A stretch of DNA of 44,514 bases from Fidelibacterota bacterium (GTDB lineage: Bacteria > Fidelibacterota > UBA2242), in contig JALOAB010000002.1 of NCBI GenBank assembly GCA_023229045.1, forward strand, positions 1 through 44,514, read 5' to 3'. The notes beneath the pieces were generated by a model. That model ran no database searches. It saw nothing but the letters and a program-made list of their open reading frames with translations, and was not told the origin of the DNA. Below, one piece after another: positions 7,960 through 17,900 of this stretch. The translations under genes were made by a program, and so were the position numbers. Position 1 is the stretch's first letter. Every line of letters starts with the position of its first letter.

Positions 7960-8760
7960 ATGGTAGAATGGATTAATGAATTTCAGCACGAAAGCCTTAC
8001 TGACCCGCAGGTAAAAGAATCTTTTACTAAGGCGATGAGTAAGTACGAAACCAAAGAAGCGGCCATTGTCGGGGGCTTTAATGCTATACAGGCAGTTGGC
8101 AAGCCGTTTAAGTTACCTGAATCACTGGATAAACTTCCAGACGATAAGACCAGACAGGAATTTCAGTTGGGAGTTAGTAAACTTTTAGGTGCGGTCGAGA
8201 AACCGGAAGATTTGAAAGATATTGACTGGCTAAAAGGTTCGACCCTTGAGAACGATACCCCACAGGAAGACTTGGTAAAAAAGATTTCCGAGATTGCCGT
8301 TGCCAAGAAATGGCCGAAATCGACTGTTCAGGATTTAGTTGAGTTCTGGAATGGATTGCAGGCTTCTGAAAGAAACAAGATTGCCGAATCCCAAAAACAG
8401 CAGGATGCCGAGCTTCAGGAAAAAGCAAAAGTAATTAAAGAGTCGTTTGTGAAGATAAGCGGCAGTGAAGATAATCTAAAGGTCGATAAAGACCTTCTTC
8501 AGAGTATGTTCAGAAACCACGCCGGACTAAGCGGCGATGAATATGACGCTGTCGGTGACGAGCTTGCCGGATTGCTTCTTGGCGATGTGACTAAAGCCCC
8601 GAATATGGCTAAGGGATTGATTATGCTGGCAAGGCAATTTAAAAGCGGTGATACTAATAATGGTTCTGGCGGTACGTCTAAACCGACAGCTAAATCAGCT
8701 TACGAGCAAAGAAAAGAAAGATGGCCTAATTCTCCGCAGATGTGGGGAAGGCCGGAGTAA
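7960..8760 (+). CDS. Scaffolding protein candidate (266 aa)
   Basis: Start taken at MVEWINEF (GAAAGGA upstream). Acidic and helical-looking, between portal and capsid as in T7-like modules. Called from position and composition only. Confidence 0.55.
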   Translation: MVEWINEFQHESLTDPQVKESFTKAMSKYETKEAAIVGGFNAIQAVGKPFKLPESLDKLPDDKTRQEFQLGVSKLLGAVEKPEDLKDIDWLKGSTLENDTPQEDLVKKISEIAVAKKWPKSTVQDLVEFWNGLQASERNKIAESQKQQDAELQEKAKVIKESFVKISGSEDNLKVDKDLLQSMFRNHAGLSGDEYDAVGDELAGLLLGDVTKAPNMAKGLIMLARQFKSGDTNNGSGGTSKPTAKSAYEQRKERWPNSPQMWGRPE

Positions 8761-8766
8761 TATACT

Positions 8767-9003
8767 ATGGTAGCTTTAAAAGACGGAAAAATGCTGACGC
8801 AGGCCGGACTTAATAGAGTGCTATGGAAATTACTCCACGCTGTCGGCGGCAAATTCAGTATTTCAACAAGAAACCTTAATAATTTCGAACAGGACAAAGC
8901 GATTAAGATTGATTACGATATTGGCTCAGACACTTTTACTCTCAGTCTTACAAGGGTTAAACCCGAAGAAGAATCGAGAATAATTGTTCCGAGAACAGGA
9001 TAA
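8767..9003 (+). CDS. Hypothetical protein (78 aa)
   Basis: GGAG upstream. No family recognised. Confidence 0.5.
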   Translation: MVALKDGKMLTQAGLNRVLWKLLHAVGGKFSISTRNLNNFEQDKAIKIDYDIGSDTFTLSLTRVKPEEESRIIVPRTG

Positions 9004-9188
9004 CCCCTCGAAAGAGATACGGTTTTGATTTAAAAATCAAGACACCTTAACTCTGATGAGTTGAGCCTTGTGCAAACCCGAAAGCAGGGTAGTTAGGTGC
9101 TTACTTTAAGCGCAAGGACGAGCCTCGAAAGAGACACCTCTCCGAAATAGTTTAGTTTAACGTAAAATTCTATTTTAGGAGATTTATT
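9004..9188 (+). promoter_or_regulatory. Structured 185-nt leader upstream of the capsid gene
   Basis: Duplicated CCTCGAAAGAGA(T/C)AC (9006, 9123) and AGACACCT (9040, 9132). Hairpins: TTTTGATT-TAAA-AATCAAGA and GCCTTGTGC/GCGCAAGG. Long-range pairing: CACCTTAACT/AGTTAGGTG. Confidence 0.35.
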
Positions 9189-10214
9189 ATGTCAGAGTTA
9201 GGTTTAGATACCAGAGATAATCTGATTAACGCATTAAAACTGGTTAAGAATGACAGATACACCAGTTTTGCGAAGGTCCTGAACGAAAGACGACCGTTTT
9301 TCCAAGACCTTTTGATTCAGTCTGCTAACGGTATTTTGAGTGATGAGGATTCAAGGGTTACGTCCATTCCGACACCCCAGATTATTAATGTCGGCGATGG
9401 TCACGATGCCTCAGTTGTTCGTTGGGACACCTTCAAGGAAAACATCAGCATATTCAAAGACAGATGGCGTTGTCCGCTTGATGTCGCTGATTTACAACCT
9501 GATTTCGCTGCTTACAGAGCAGACCAAGAAGACCAGCACTCCGAAGGTTTTATGCAGGGCGTTACAAATCATTTCTTTTATGGCACAAGCGTAGCGACAC
9601 CGACAAAGTTTGACGGCCTCGATGTTAGGTACAAAACACCGGACAACGGTGACAGTACTTATGATGCCCTTAATCCAGACCCGACAACTGCTGCTGATTT
9701 TGGCGTGTTCGATGCCGCCGGTACTGGCTCACAAACAATGTCAATATGGCTGGTTCAGCACAGCAAAGAAAAGTTTTGTGGTATTTCACCGATTAACGAC
9801 CCCCAAATGGGTCTTAGGGTGACTGATTCAGGTCTTGTGTATGCTGATGCCGAAAATTCAAAAGAGCGTCAGGAATACAGGACTGAGTTTTCCTATAAAG
9901 TCGGTCTGAAGATTAAAGACATTCGTTCCGTTGCAAGAATCAGAAATATTGATTCGAGAATTTCACAGATTGACCCAAGTGTTCTCCAGTTGATTTATCA
10001 GGCCCGCAACGAAGTGTTCAAGGGCAATGAGCCGGTGTTTATGTATATTCCCAAACGTATGCTGACATTCTTCCAGATTATGGCTGAATCGAAACAGAAC
10101 GTGCTTTACGACAAGAACAACATCTACGAAGTTCTGATGTACCGTTTCGGGGATATGATGATTCGTGCCGAAGATGCCCTGAGCATTACGGAAACCGCAG
10201 TTACAGCGGTCTAA
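9189..10214 (+). CDS. Major capsid protein
   Basis: 341 aa with a strong AGGAG, directly after the scaffold region and followed by a strong hairpin. The block SIWLVQHSKEKFCGISP...YRTEFSYKVGLKIKDIRSVARIRNI resembles capsid families I recall. Not searched. Confidence 0.75.
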   Translation: MSELGLDTRDNLINALKLVKNDRYTSFAKVLNERRPFFQDLLIQSANGILSDEDSRVTSIPTPQIINVGDGHDASVVRWDTFKENISIFKDRWRCPLDVADLQPDFAAYRADQEDQHSEGFMQGVTNHFFYGTSVATPTKFDGLDVRYKTPDNGDSTYDALNPDPTTAADFGVFDAAGTGSQTMSIWLVQHSKEKFCGISPINDPQMGLRVTDSGLVYADAENSKERQEYRTEFSYKVGLKIKDIRSVARIRNIDSRISQIDPSVLQLIYQARNEVFKGNEPVFMYIPKRMLTFFQIMAESKQNVLYDKNNIYEVLMYRFGDMMIRAEDALSITETAVTAV

Positions 10215-10249
10215 CAAATTAAAAACATTTTTTATGAAAGGTATATATT

Positions 10250-10747
10250 ATGGGAGCACGCGAAAATTTAGGTGTTCTTCAGGAATCAGCGACTACTATT
10301 ACTGAAGCAAGGGCTTCTACGAATTACATAGATTTGGCGGAGACTAAACCTCAGATTGGCGTTGGTCAGGGTACTCCTTATCTCTGTATTCGCACAGCAG
10401 TTGCGCCGACAGGAACAGTAGATACGCTTAGTATCGAAGTTCAGGTAGATGATAATTCTTCATTCACAAGTCCGAGAACTGTATTTTTCCCGTTTGCCGT
10501 TGGTTCGTCAGACCCCTATACAGGCGGCGGTGTGGCTGAGGCATTGCAAACCCATCCTCGCCTTGCTACGGCAGGCGCGTGGATTTTCAGGGGTCAACTG
10601 CCTTATGAAGTCGAAGAAAGATACTTGAGACTGTATTTTAATAATACAGTTTCAGCCGGTGCGTTTGCGATAGACGCTTGGTTAGAAAAAGGCCCTCAAT
10701 CTGATTTTGGCAATCAGGTTTTGGTGTCCCCTGTAGGTAATCCGTAA
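10250..10747 (+). CDS. Capsid decoration/cement-like protein (tentative)
   Basis: 165 aa immediately after the MCP. The pattern PYLCIRTAV...LSIEVQVDDNSSF...RYLRLYFNNTVSAGAFAIDAWL resembles jellyroll cement proteins of BPP-1-type phages, from memory only. Confidence 0.4.
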   Translation: MGARENLGVLQESATTITEARASTNYIDLAETKPQIGVGQGTPYLCIRTAVAPTGTVDTLSIEVQVDDNSSFTSPRTVFFPFAVGSSDPYTGGGVAEALQTHPRLATAGAWIFRGQLPYEVEERYLRLYFNNTVSAGAFAIDAWLEKGPQSDFGNQVLVSPVGNP

Positions 10748-10758
10748 ATTTAATATTC

Positions 10759-10807
10759 GGGGCTGGGCTAAGGGACTTCTTACTCCTTTCGCCCTTGCCC
10801 CACTTTT
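10759..10807 (+). terminator. Strong hairpin / attenuating terminator after the capsid genes
   Basis: About 15 bp imperfect stem: GGGGC-GGGC-AAGGGA / TCCTTT-GCCC-GCCCC, 8-nt loop, then ACTTTT. Confidence 0.5.
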
Positions 10808-10820
10808 AGGAGATATACAA

Positions 10821-13238
10821 ATGAAGAAACTCATATTTTTAATTCTGTTCTGCCTTATGGCGGCAATAGCGTTTTCGGCACTTACTTACGGGCCGGACCA
10901 CTATAGGCGGCGTACTACATATCTTGGTTCTGGTAATACGAGACTTGACCCTCTTTATCTGTTTATGAATGAGATAGATGGTTATTTGTCCGGTTCTAAT
11001 GCCCTTACAATGATATTTTTCGACCCTACGACAGAACCAACGGCGGCAGATAAAGGTCTGGTGTACTATGACGGTGCCAGTAATACCTTAAAGTTTTACA
11101 ATGGCTCTGCTTGGACGGCTTTAGCAACTGCGGCAGGTAACAGTCTTGACCTATCTTATGACGCTGGTGCTGGAATTACTGTTGATGCAGGTGCGGTAAC
11201 ACTGACAACTTCTGCGGATTCAGATAGTGCGGCTCTCGATATAGTTCACGGTGAGACTGGTGCTTATCCTGCTCTTTCTATTTCCAATGCCGGTACTGAC
11301 CCTGCTATCGAGATTACTACATCGGGAACTGGTGCGGACATTACCGGAACATCTGCGACTTGGAGTATATCTAAAACAGGCGCAATAACCTGCGTAGGTA
11401 TAACTAATACTGGTACAGTAAATTTTGACTCCGCTGATGTCCATTTTGACGCTACTGACGCAGGTAAAGATGTCTATTGGGACGATTCACACGAAACTTT
11501 TGGTTTTTTCGACAATGCAATATTAGGGTTTGGCAACACTACTACTGCGCCTGATGTTTCGATTATGTGGGACGGCTCGAATCTACTGATAGAATCCGCT
11601 ACTGAAGATACCGGCGAGATTCAAATCGGGTCTACTAACGCTATTGATGTTGTTATTTACGGCAATACCAATACTAAAAAAGCGATGTTTAACGCCAATA
11701 CAGCGACATTAGAACTGACGGATTACGATGTGCAATTTACCGATAGCGGTATCCTTATGTTCGGAAGCGATGACGACTTTACTATTTATTCGGATACAGC
11801 TAACATTTTGGAGTTTGACCCCGCTGTTGCCGGCAACGAAATCAGGTTCGGTACTTCCCACACCGATGCTGTTGATATTACTTGGTATGGCGACTTATCT
11901 GGAGATACCGTTACTTTTGACGAGGAAAACTGTGAAGTATTGTTTACTGATATAAACTTACGGCTTGACGATGATGCCGATTTAATTTTTGGTACTAACA
12001 ATGATTTTACTATTGATTCTGATACCGCAGCCACACTTGATATTATACCTGCGGCTACCGATGAATCGGCGGCTATCAATATTGGCGCAGATGAAAAAGG
12101 TATTGACGTTAGTTTCTTTGGTGCTACATCCGGCGACAAACTGTGGTGGGACGCAAGTGAAGAGGAACTATTCCTCGAAGATGTCAAACTGATAGTCAAC
12201 GAAGGCTCGGTGATTTCGTTTGAAGCCGCCGACAATGCTGTAGACTGGACTATCCAGAGTGCTTCTGCTGAAAAGCTGGAGTTTATACCATCTGAAACTG
12301 ACGGCACTTCGGTCTTTGCTGTTGGCAATGCAACTAATACATCTGACCTGCTTTGGTACACTGAAACCGCAGGTTCAATTATCAATATAGATGCTACCGC
12401 AGATTTGATGTATTTTGACGGCGTTGATTTAAGACTTAATGACGGCGACATATTGAAATTCGGTGACTCTGACGATATTACTATTGCGTTTGACGGTACT
12501 AATGGCGACCTTGACATTTTAGGTTCAGGCCTTGAGGTGTCTTTTGGTGTAAGCGGCGAAGGCATTGACGTTATTATGCACGGCGAAACCGCCGGTGAAT
12601 ACTTTATGTGGGACGAATCCGCTGATAGCGTAATTGCAAACTGTGGGAATGTTTCTTTGACCACTGTTGACGCAGAAGCCAACCAGTTCAAAATTGACGC
12701 TACCGGAACAGTTGCCGGTTATGCCGTTGTTATTGAGACTACGGATGGCGGAGTTCAGATTAAGGCCGATGGTGCGGATAACGGTGATATTGCCATTGCC
12801 GCTGGCGATGATATGACTCTTACCGCTGGCGGAGATTTAACGCTGGCCGTTACTGGTTCGTTAAAAATGGGCGGTGCGTTAATAGCCAACAATAGGATTA
12901 CAACTATTGTTGACCCAGATGACCGTATTTTGACTGCTGCTGAATCAGGTTCAACTATTGTATTTACGATGACTGGCGGTGCTGCTACCTGCACACTCCC
13001 AGAGGCAACTGCTGATAATATCGGTATGTGGTTTATTCTTGTCGATGGTAATCCAACGTCAGGCAGAGACCTGTCGGTTGACCCTGAAGGAACTGGCACT
13101 ATTAATGGTAACGGCGCAGGTGAAAAGATTACCTGTGAAAACGACCGAGACGGCGAAGCGGTGTATATTTTTAGTACGGCTGCCGATACTTGGTACGCTG
13201 TTTTTCTTGGCTCATCTACGGTTTGGACTGAAGAATAA
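10821..13238 (+). CDS. Fibre-like structural protein with five ~77-aa repeats and an N-terminal signal-like helix
   Basis: AGGAG RBS. N-terminus MKKLIFLILFCLMAAIAFSA. YYDGASNTLKFYNGSAWTAL fibre-type motif. Repeats anchored on ILGFGNTT.., ILMFGSDDDFTIYSD, DLIFGTNNDFTIDSD, SVISFEAADNAVDWTIQS and ILKFGDSDDITIAFDG. Confidence 0.6.
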   Translation: MKKLIFLILFCLMAAIAFSALTYGPDHYRRRTTYLGSGNTRLDPLYLFMNEIDGYLSGSNALTMIFFDPTTEPTAADKGLVYYDGASNTLKFYNGSAWTALATAAGNSLDLSYDAGAGITVDAGAVTLTTSADSDSAALDIVHGETGAYPALSISNAGTDPAIEITTSGTGADITGTSATWSISKTGAITCVGITNTGTVNFDSADVHFDATDAGKDVYWDDSHETFGFFDNAILGFGNTTTAPDVSIMWDGSNLLIESATEDTGEIQIGSTNAIDVVIYGNTNTKKAMFNANTATLELTDYDVQFTDSGILMFGSDDDFTIYSDTANILEFDPAVAGNEIRFGTSHTDAVDITWYGDLSGDTVTFDEENCEVLFTDINLRLDDDADLIFGTNNDFTIDSDTAATLDIIPAATDESAAINIGADEKGIDVSFFGATSGDKLWWDASEEELFLEDVKLIVNEGSVISFEAADNAVDWTIQSASAEKLEFIPSETDGTSVFAVGNATNTSDLLWYTETAGSIINIDATADLMYFDGVDLRLNDGDILKFGDSDDITIAFDGTNGDLDILGSGLEVSFGVSGEGIDVIMHGETAGEYFMWDESADSVIANCGNVSLTTVDAEANQFKIDATGTVAGYAVVIETTDGGVQIKADGADNGDIAIAAGDDMTLTAGGDLTLAVTGSLKMGGALIANNRITTIVDPDDRILTAAESGSTIVFTMTGGAATCTLPEATADNIGMWFILVDGNPTSGRDLSVDPEGTGTINGNGAGEKITCENDRDGEAVYIFSTAADTWYAVFLGSSTVWTEE

Positions 13239-13243
13239 TTAAT

Positions 13244-13270
13244 GGGCGGTGAAATTCCGCCCTTATTTTT
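13244..13270 (+). terminator. Intrinsic terminator
   Basis: GGGCGG-TGAAATT-CCGCCC followed by TTATTTTT. Confidence 0.65.
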
Positions 13271-13282
13271 AAGGAATTTGAT

Positions 13283-13981
13283 ATGAGATACTTAATCTTA
13301 TTTTTGTTGATGATTATATTTATTTCAGGCTGTAACCCTGAACCTGTGGCTGACGACACTTCTCAACCTATGCTTGCAGGTGCTTTAGCTAATCCTTTTT
13401 ACGCCGGTCAGCCTGCGCCTCTTGCGACTATTCAGCCGATGGCTAAACTTATTGCTACGGTAACAGCCGATGCCAGCGAGCCGAACATATCCACTAAAAA
13501 CTGGCAGGACTCGATAGCTGATTTTGTACCTATCCCAGCCTCTTGGAACGGAGTATGTCTTAGTTTCTACGGTTACGGAGACGGTGACGGCGCAGGCGAC
13601 CCAAACGATTCTACCTTCAGTTACGATATTTACTTGATTGACTATTTTGGCGGTGTAATGACGGTTGCCACAGGTAATACCGGAACTATCGGCGCACAGC
13701 AGTTAAGTCATATTCCCTATGACGGAACATTAATTGGTTCTGCCACAGACCCGAACTCAAGCTACTGTTGGGCTGACGACCTGAACGAAGGGACTGTTAG
13801 ATATGGACTTAACGGTTCTGGAAGTGTAATCAAATATCTAACTTATTACGATAACCAAAGTACCAATGGTAAGGCCGAAGTATGTTTTGATAGGAAGCAG
13901 GCTTATGGAATATGGGTTTATATCTATGATATGACCAGCCAGAGCGTAACAAGTGTAACTTGTGTCGCTAATGGCTATTAG
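13283..13981 (+). CDS. Predicted lipoprotein (232 aa) inside the virion module
   Basis: MRYLILFLLMIIFISGCNPEP: hydrophobic leader plus lipobox I-S-G-C. AAGGAA RBS. Confidence 0.65.
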   Translation: MRYLILFLLMIIFISGCNPEPVADDTSQPMLAGALANPFYAGQPAPLATIQPMAKLIATVTADASEPNISTKNWQDSIADFVPIPASWNGVCLSFYGYGDGDGAGDPNDSTFSYDIYLIDYFGGVMTVATGNTGTIGAQQLSHIPYDGTLIGSATDPNSSYCWADDLNEGTVRYGLNGSGSVIKYLTYYDNQSTNGKAEVCFDRKQAYGIWVYIYDMTSQSVTSVTCVANGY

Positions 13982-13990
13982 GAGAATAAT

Positions 13991-14962
13991 ATGAGTTGGA
14001 CAAACCAAAAAATAATTAATAAAGCTCTCGGTAAAATAGGCGGGGCAGGAAATCAGCTTGGTTCTGAACCGTTTATATCAGACGTTACTGCCCAAGACCC
14101 TATTACCGTATTTGCTGTTAATACTCTTGAGGTTGTTATCCGCAAGGCTATAGAGGACTTGGCGTTAAGGGACTGCCCTTTTCGAGAGAGCCTTAAATAC
14201 GCAGATTTAGGAACTGAGCTTCACGCTCAAGATGTCGATATAGCGTCTATTGCTATTGGCGTTGACCCGTTTCCAATTACCATAACTACCGCAACCGACC
14301 ATAATAGAACAACCGGTGATATTGTATATCTGACTGAAATACTCGGTACAGGCGGAATAGAAGACCTTAATAACGCTGCTTATACAATTACAGTGACCGG
14401 CGATAAAACATTTACTTTAGATGACACTACTGGCGAGGGTTATGTTCATACAGCTTCTTCCGGAGTTGTAGCTTATACACCTGAAGTCGGCGGATGGGCC
14501 TATGCCTTTGCGCTGCCAAGTGATTATATCGCTATGGTTGCTCAATTACAGGAAAGTTTCAATTCTACCACAAAAGGCCGACAGAAATATCGGTTCGAGA
14601 CGATAATCAATCGAGATGAAACCGGTATGATTCTTTTGACTAACGACCTGTCTAATACTGCCGGTACGAGTGCTTTTGTCCAGTATGTAATTTATCAGGA
14701 CAATCCCGTAGTGTACTCTAATCCGCTGGTAGAATGTGTTGCTACGCTTTTGGCTGCCGAATTGTGTCCTATGGTCGGTAAGGGAATGGACGAAAGAATT
14801 AAACTCTTGCAAGAATATCAGCAGGTCAATATCCCAGAGGCAATGAAATTTAATACCTCTCAATATAATAATCTGTCGAAGTTCGTACCCAACTTTTTAG
14901 GCGGACGCGGTGAAGCAAACCAAGAGGACGGTTCTAATCAGAGAGCAAATTCTAATGCGTAA
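13991..14962 (+). CDS. Head-tail adaptor / tail tubular protein A-like (gp11-like), tentative
   Basis: The N-terminus IINKALGKIGG..GSEPFISDV resembles gp11-type starts. It directly precedes the nozzle gene. It contains an extra small domain (GDIVYLTEILGTGGIEDLNNAAYTITVTGDKTFTL). Confidence 0.5.
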   Translation: MSWTNQKIINKALGKIGGAGNQLGSEPFISDVTAQDPITVFAVNTLEVVIRKAIEDLALRDCPFRESLKYADLGTELHAQDVDIASIAIGVDPFPITITTATDHNRTTGDIVYLTEILGTGGIEDLNNAAYTITVTGDKTFTLDDTTGEGYVHTASSGVVAYTPEVGGWAYAFALPSDYIAMVAQLQESFNSTTKGRQKYRFETIINRDETGMILLTNDLSNTAGTSAFVQYVIYQDNPVVYSNPLVECVATLLAAELCPMVGKGMDERIKLLQEYQQVNIPEAMKFNTSQYNNLSKFVPNFLGGRGEANQEDGSNQRANSNA

Positions 14963-17900
14963 AATACTGTGGCTGTTAATATTATTAAGTGTTTTGTGTA
15001 TCGCCGCCGATGAAATGCGGTACACACCTACTTTAACGTCCTTCAATAACGGCCAAGTCTCGCCCTTAATGGAAGCTCGTACCGACTTCGATAAGTACAA
15101 AAGTTCCTGCCGCAGACTTGAGAATATGTTCGTTACCGCGCAAGGGCCTGTAACTCGAAGGCCTGGGACTAAATACATCTGTGAGGTTAAAGATTCTAAT
15201 TATCCAACGAGACTGATTCCGTTTGAATATTCCACTGAGGATACATATATAATTGAGGCTGGCGAAGAATATATGCGGTTCTTCAGGTCTGGCGGCCAGA
15301 TATTAACCGGACAGGGGACGGAATATTTAGGCGCATTAACGCCTGTTGCTCACTGGACTTGTAATGATGATGAGCCATCGACAACGGTTGTTGACGCAAT
15401 GGGTTCGCACGATGGCACAGCTACGACTTATACAAGCAATTTAAGTGAAGTAGGAAATGTAAACGACTGCTTTAACCTTGGCGGGGATAGATATTTTGCC
15501 GTTCCTGACCACGCAGATTTTACTTTCGATGATTCGGGTGATAATCCGCTTACTTTGACTGGTTGGTTTTTTGTTACAGATACAGGCGAAACACAAACTT
15601 TAATAGCCAAATGGGAAGATGGTGTTGCCCAAGAATATAAACTTTGGATGGACAAGGACAGAAAATTAACATTAACTCTTTCTACGGCTATAGCGAACTT
15701 AAGCGGTAATTGCGTATCGCAGTGGAAACTCAATGAGACAAGCGGAACGACCATAACAGATTCACAGGGAACACAGGACGGTGTTGCTTCTACTGATACG
15801 GCTGTTCTTATGGCTGCTGGCGCGACTGCCAATACCGGAACGAGTTTTGATTTAGATAATCAGTATTACGTTAATGTCGCTGACCACGCAAGTCATACCT
15901 TTGGAAACGGAGCGGCTGATTCAGCTTTCAGTTTAGCGGCGTGGGCTTATGTACCCCAAAATCCTGCGGATACTATTATTTCCAAGCGCGACGATACATC
16001 AGGTGCATTGAAAAGGGAATATATCTTATACGCTTCTCTAAGTGATATTTATTTCACCATTTCCGACAATAGTACAGGTGGTTATCGGCGAGTACAATCA
16101 AATAGTAATTATTTTAATTGGTCGCCAAGTTGGGGTTGGCATTTTATTGTCGCTACCTATGATGGTACTGGCGGCACTAACGCGCAGAATGGAATGGAAA
16201 TATACATTGACGGCGTTAATGAAACTAATGCCAGAGAGTCGAGCGGCACTTATGTCGCAATGGAAAATACAGCCGCGCCTGTTTTGATAGGAGCGCACGA
16301 AGATACATCTGGGGTAATAACAGGTCTTTGGAATAAAAGAATTGATAACGTAATGATATTTAATAAAGAGCTTTCAGCGGGAGAGGTGCTTGCTTTATAT
16401 AATGGCGGAGAAGGAACAGAAAACATCGTTATTGGTAGTACTACTTATGCCAAGACCGATGAAGCCATTGATATAGGCTGGCACTTTATAGCCGTAACTT
16501 ATGACGCTACCGGCGGGGCAACTGCCGCCGACCATATCACCTTCTTTATTGACGGCAGCGAAGTTGCTTCGACCGCCTATAACAACGCAGCCTATACTAA
16601 TATGAGTAATTCAGCCGCAAATGTAACGGTAGGCTCTGAAAACGGCCAGCACAACTGGGCAAGCAGAATTGATAATATAGCCATATTTGATGTTAATTTA
16701 ACCGCCGCAGAAATAGCGGGGTTATATACGGTTGTACCTTATGAGATTACTACTCCCTATGATTCCAATGAGATATGGGACTTAAAATATACCCAAGTAG
16801 ACAACGAAATGTATATCGTTGACGGAAACCATATTCCCCAGAGGCTTGCAAGGGCAGGGCATATAGACTGGACGTTGAGTGATTTCGATTACTCGACCGG
16901 CCCGTTTATGGCCGAGAATAAAGATACTTCAATAACCATAGACCCGCCAGAAGCTGCGTCTGACATTACAAGTGGTGACTATGCCATAGCAAGTACGGAA
17001 ACCGCTGGTTATACAAAGGACGAGGCGTTTGACAATCTTTATTTAGTAGTTGGTAATGCTTGGCGCGCTACTGGCAAAGAAAACCAGTGGATAGGCCAAA
17101 TTTTTGGTGCTCCAAAAACAATTAAACGCATTAAAATTCATCCTTGCGTTTATGAGTCAAACCTCGATATGTGTATGAAGTACATTAAAATCGAGGCATC
17201 TAAGGACGGTGTGACTTATGTAAAAGTTCCTATAAATAGATGGCTTGGAAGGTGTGAAAGTTATAATGGTGATGAGGCTTGGGTAGATTACATAACGACA
17301 TACGCCGAGTACATAGACCTGTACCTCAATAATGATACGGCTTATCAGTATTGGCGCGTCTGGATATATGACAACTGGGGCGATGCTCTTACCGGAGTAA
17401 TGGAAATAGAAATGTTCGAGAAGCAATCGGGCGTTTATACCGCATCGTCTAACATTTTTAACGAAGGACACACTGGCTCTATCTGGCGGATTAATCAGGA
17501 ACGAGGAACGTCAATATTAAAAGGTACTGCCGCAGCCGCAGCAATTAACGCTGACAGAACTTACGTTTCCAATACTACGCCTTGGTTCTCAGGGGGGTAT
17601 AGTTTCGTAACGAATAATTCATCGCCTAATTTTACTGTAACCCTCCAGAGAAGCACTAACTGGGGTGCAACTTGGCAATCTGCTCTAACGCCGTTAAATA
17701 GCGCGGATTTTGATAATCCTGCCGAGACAGAAAAAACTGGAGCGATTTACAGGGTCAAGATAAGCGACTACGTTTCCGGTACTTGCAATTATACACTAAC
17801 AATTACTGACCAGACTAATCACGGAATAATAAGAATAAATTCTTATGTCAGTCCCACGTCTGTAATAGCAACGGAATTGGTACCATTAGTCCATTCAGAC

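Noticed and set aside
9053-9083. Hammerhead-ribozyme-like core: CTGATGAG at 9053-9060 with CGAAA at 9079-9083 (and further CGAAA at 9126 and 9143).
   Set aside because: I could not build the required stem II closing directly onto GAAA; two extra C residues and mismatches intervene. I also could not build a stem III hairpin with a UH cleavage site for any of the three GAAA positions. An 8-mer like CTGATGAG is expected about once by chance in about 89 kb of two-strand sequence. Worth an Infernal scan, but not supported by hand.
11786-12691. 301-aa antisense ORF inside the fibre-like gene. Similar shadow ORFs occur at 12755-13099, 15428-15832, 18692-19036, 23261-23599, 25555-25974, 32966-33376 and elsewhere.
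   Set aside because: They lie wholly inside longer, motif-bearing genes on the other strand, have Ser/Pro/low-complexity composition and lack SD sequences. These are typical shadow frames.
9189-13238. BPP-1-like diversity-generating retroelement, considered because the capsid/decoration genes recall BPP-1-type phages and the fibre-like gene is repeat-rich.
   Set aside because: No reverse transcriptase ORF exists anywhere in the window, and I found no template/variable repeat pair differing at adenines.
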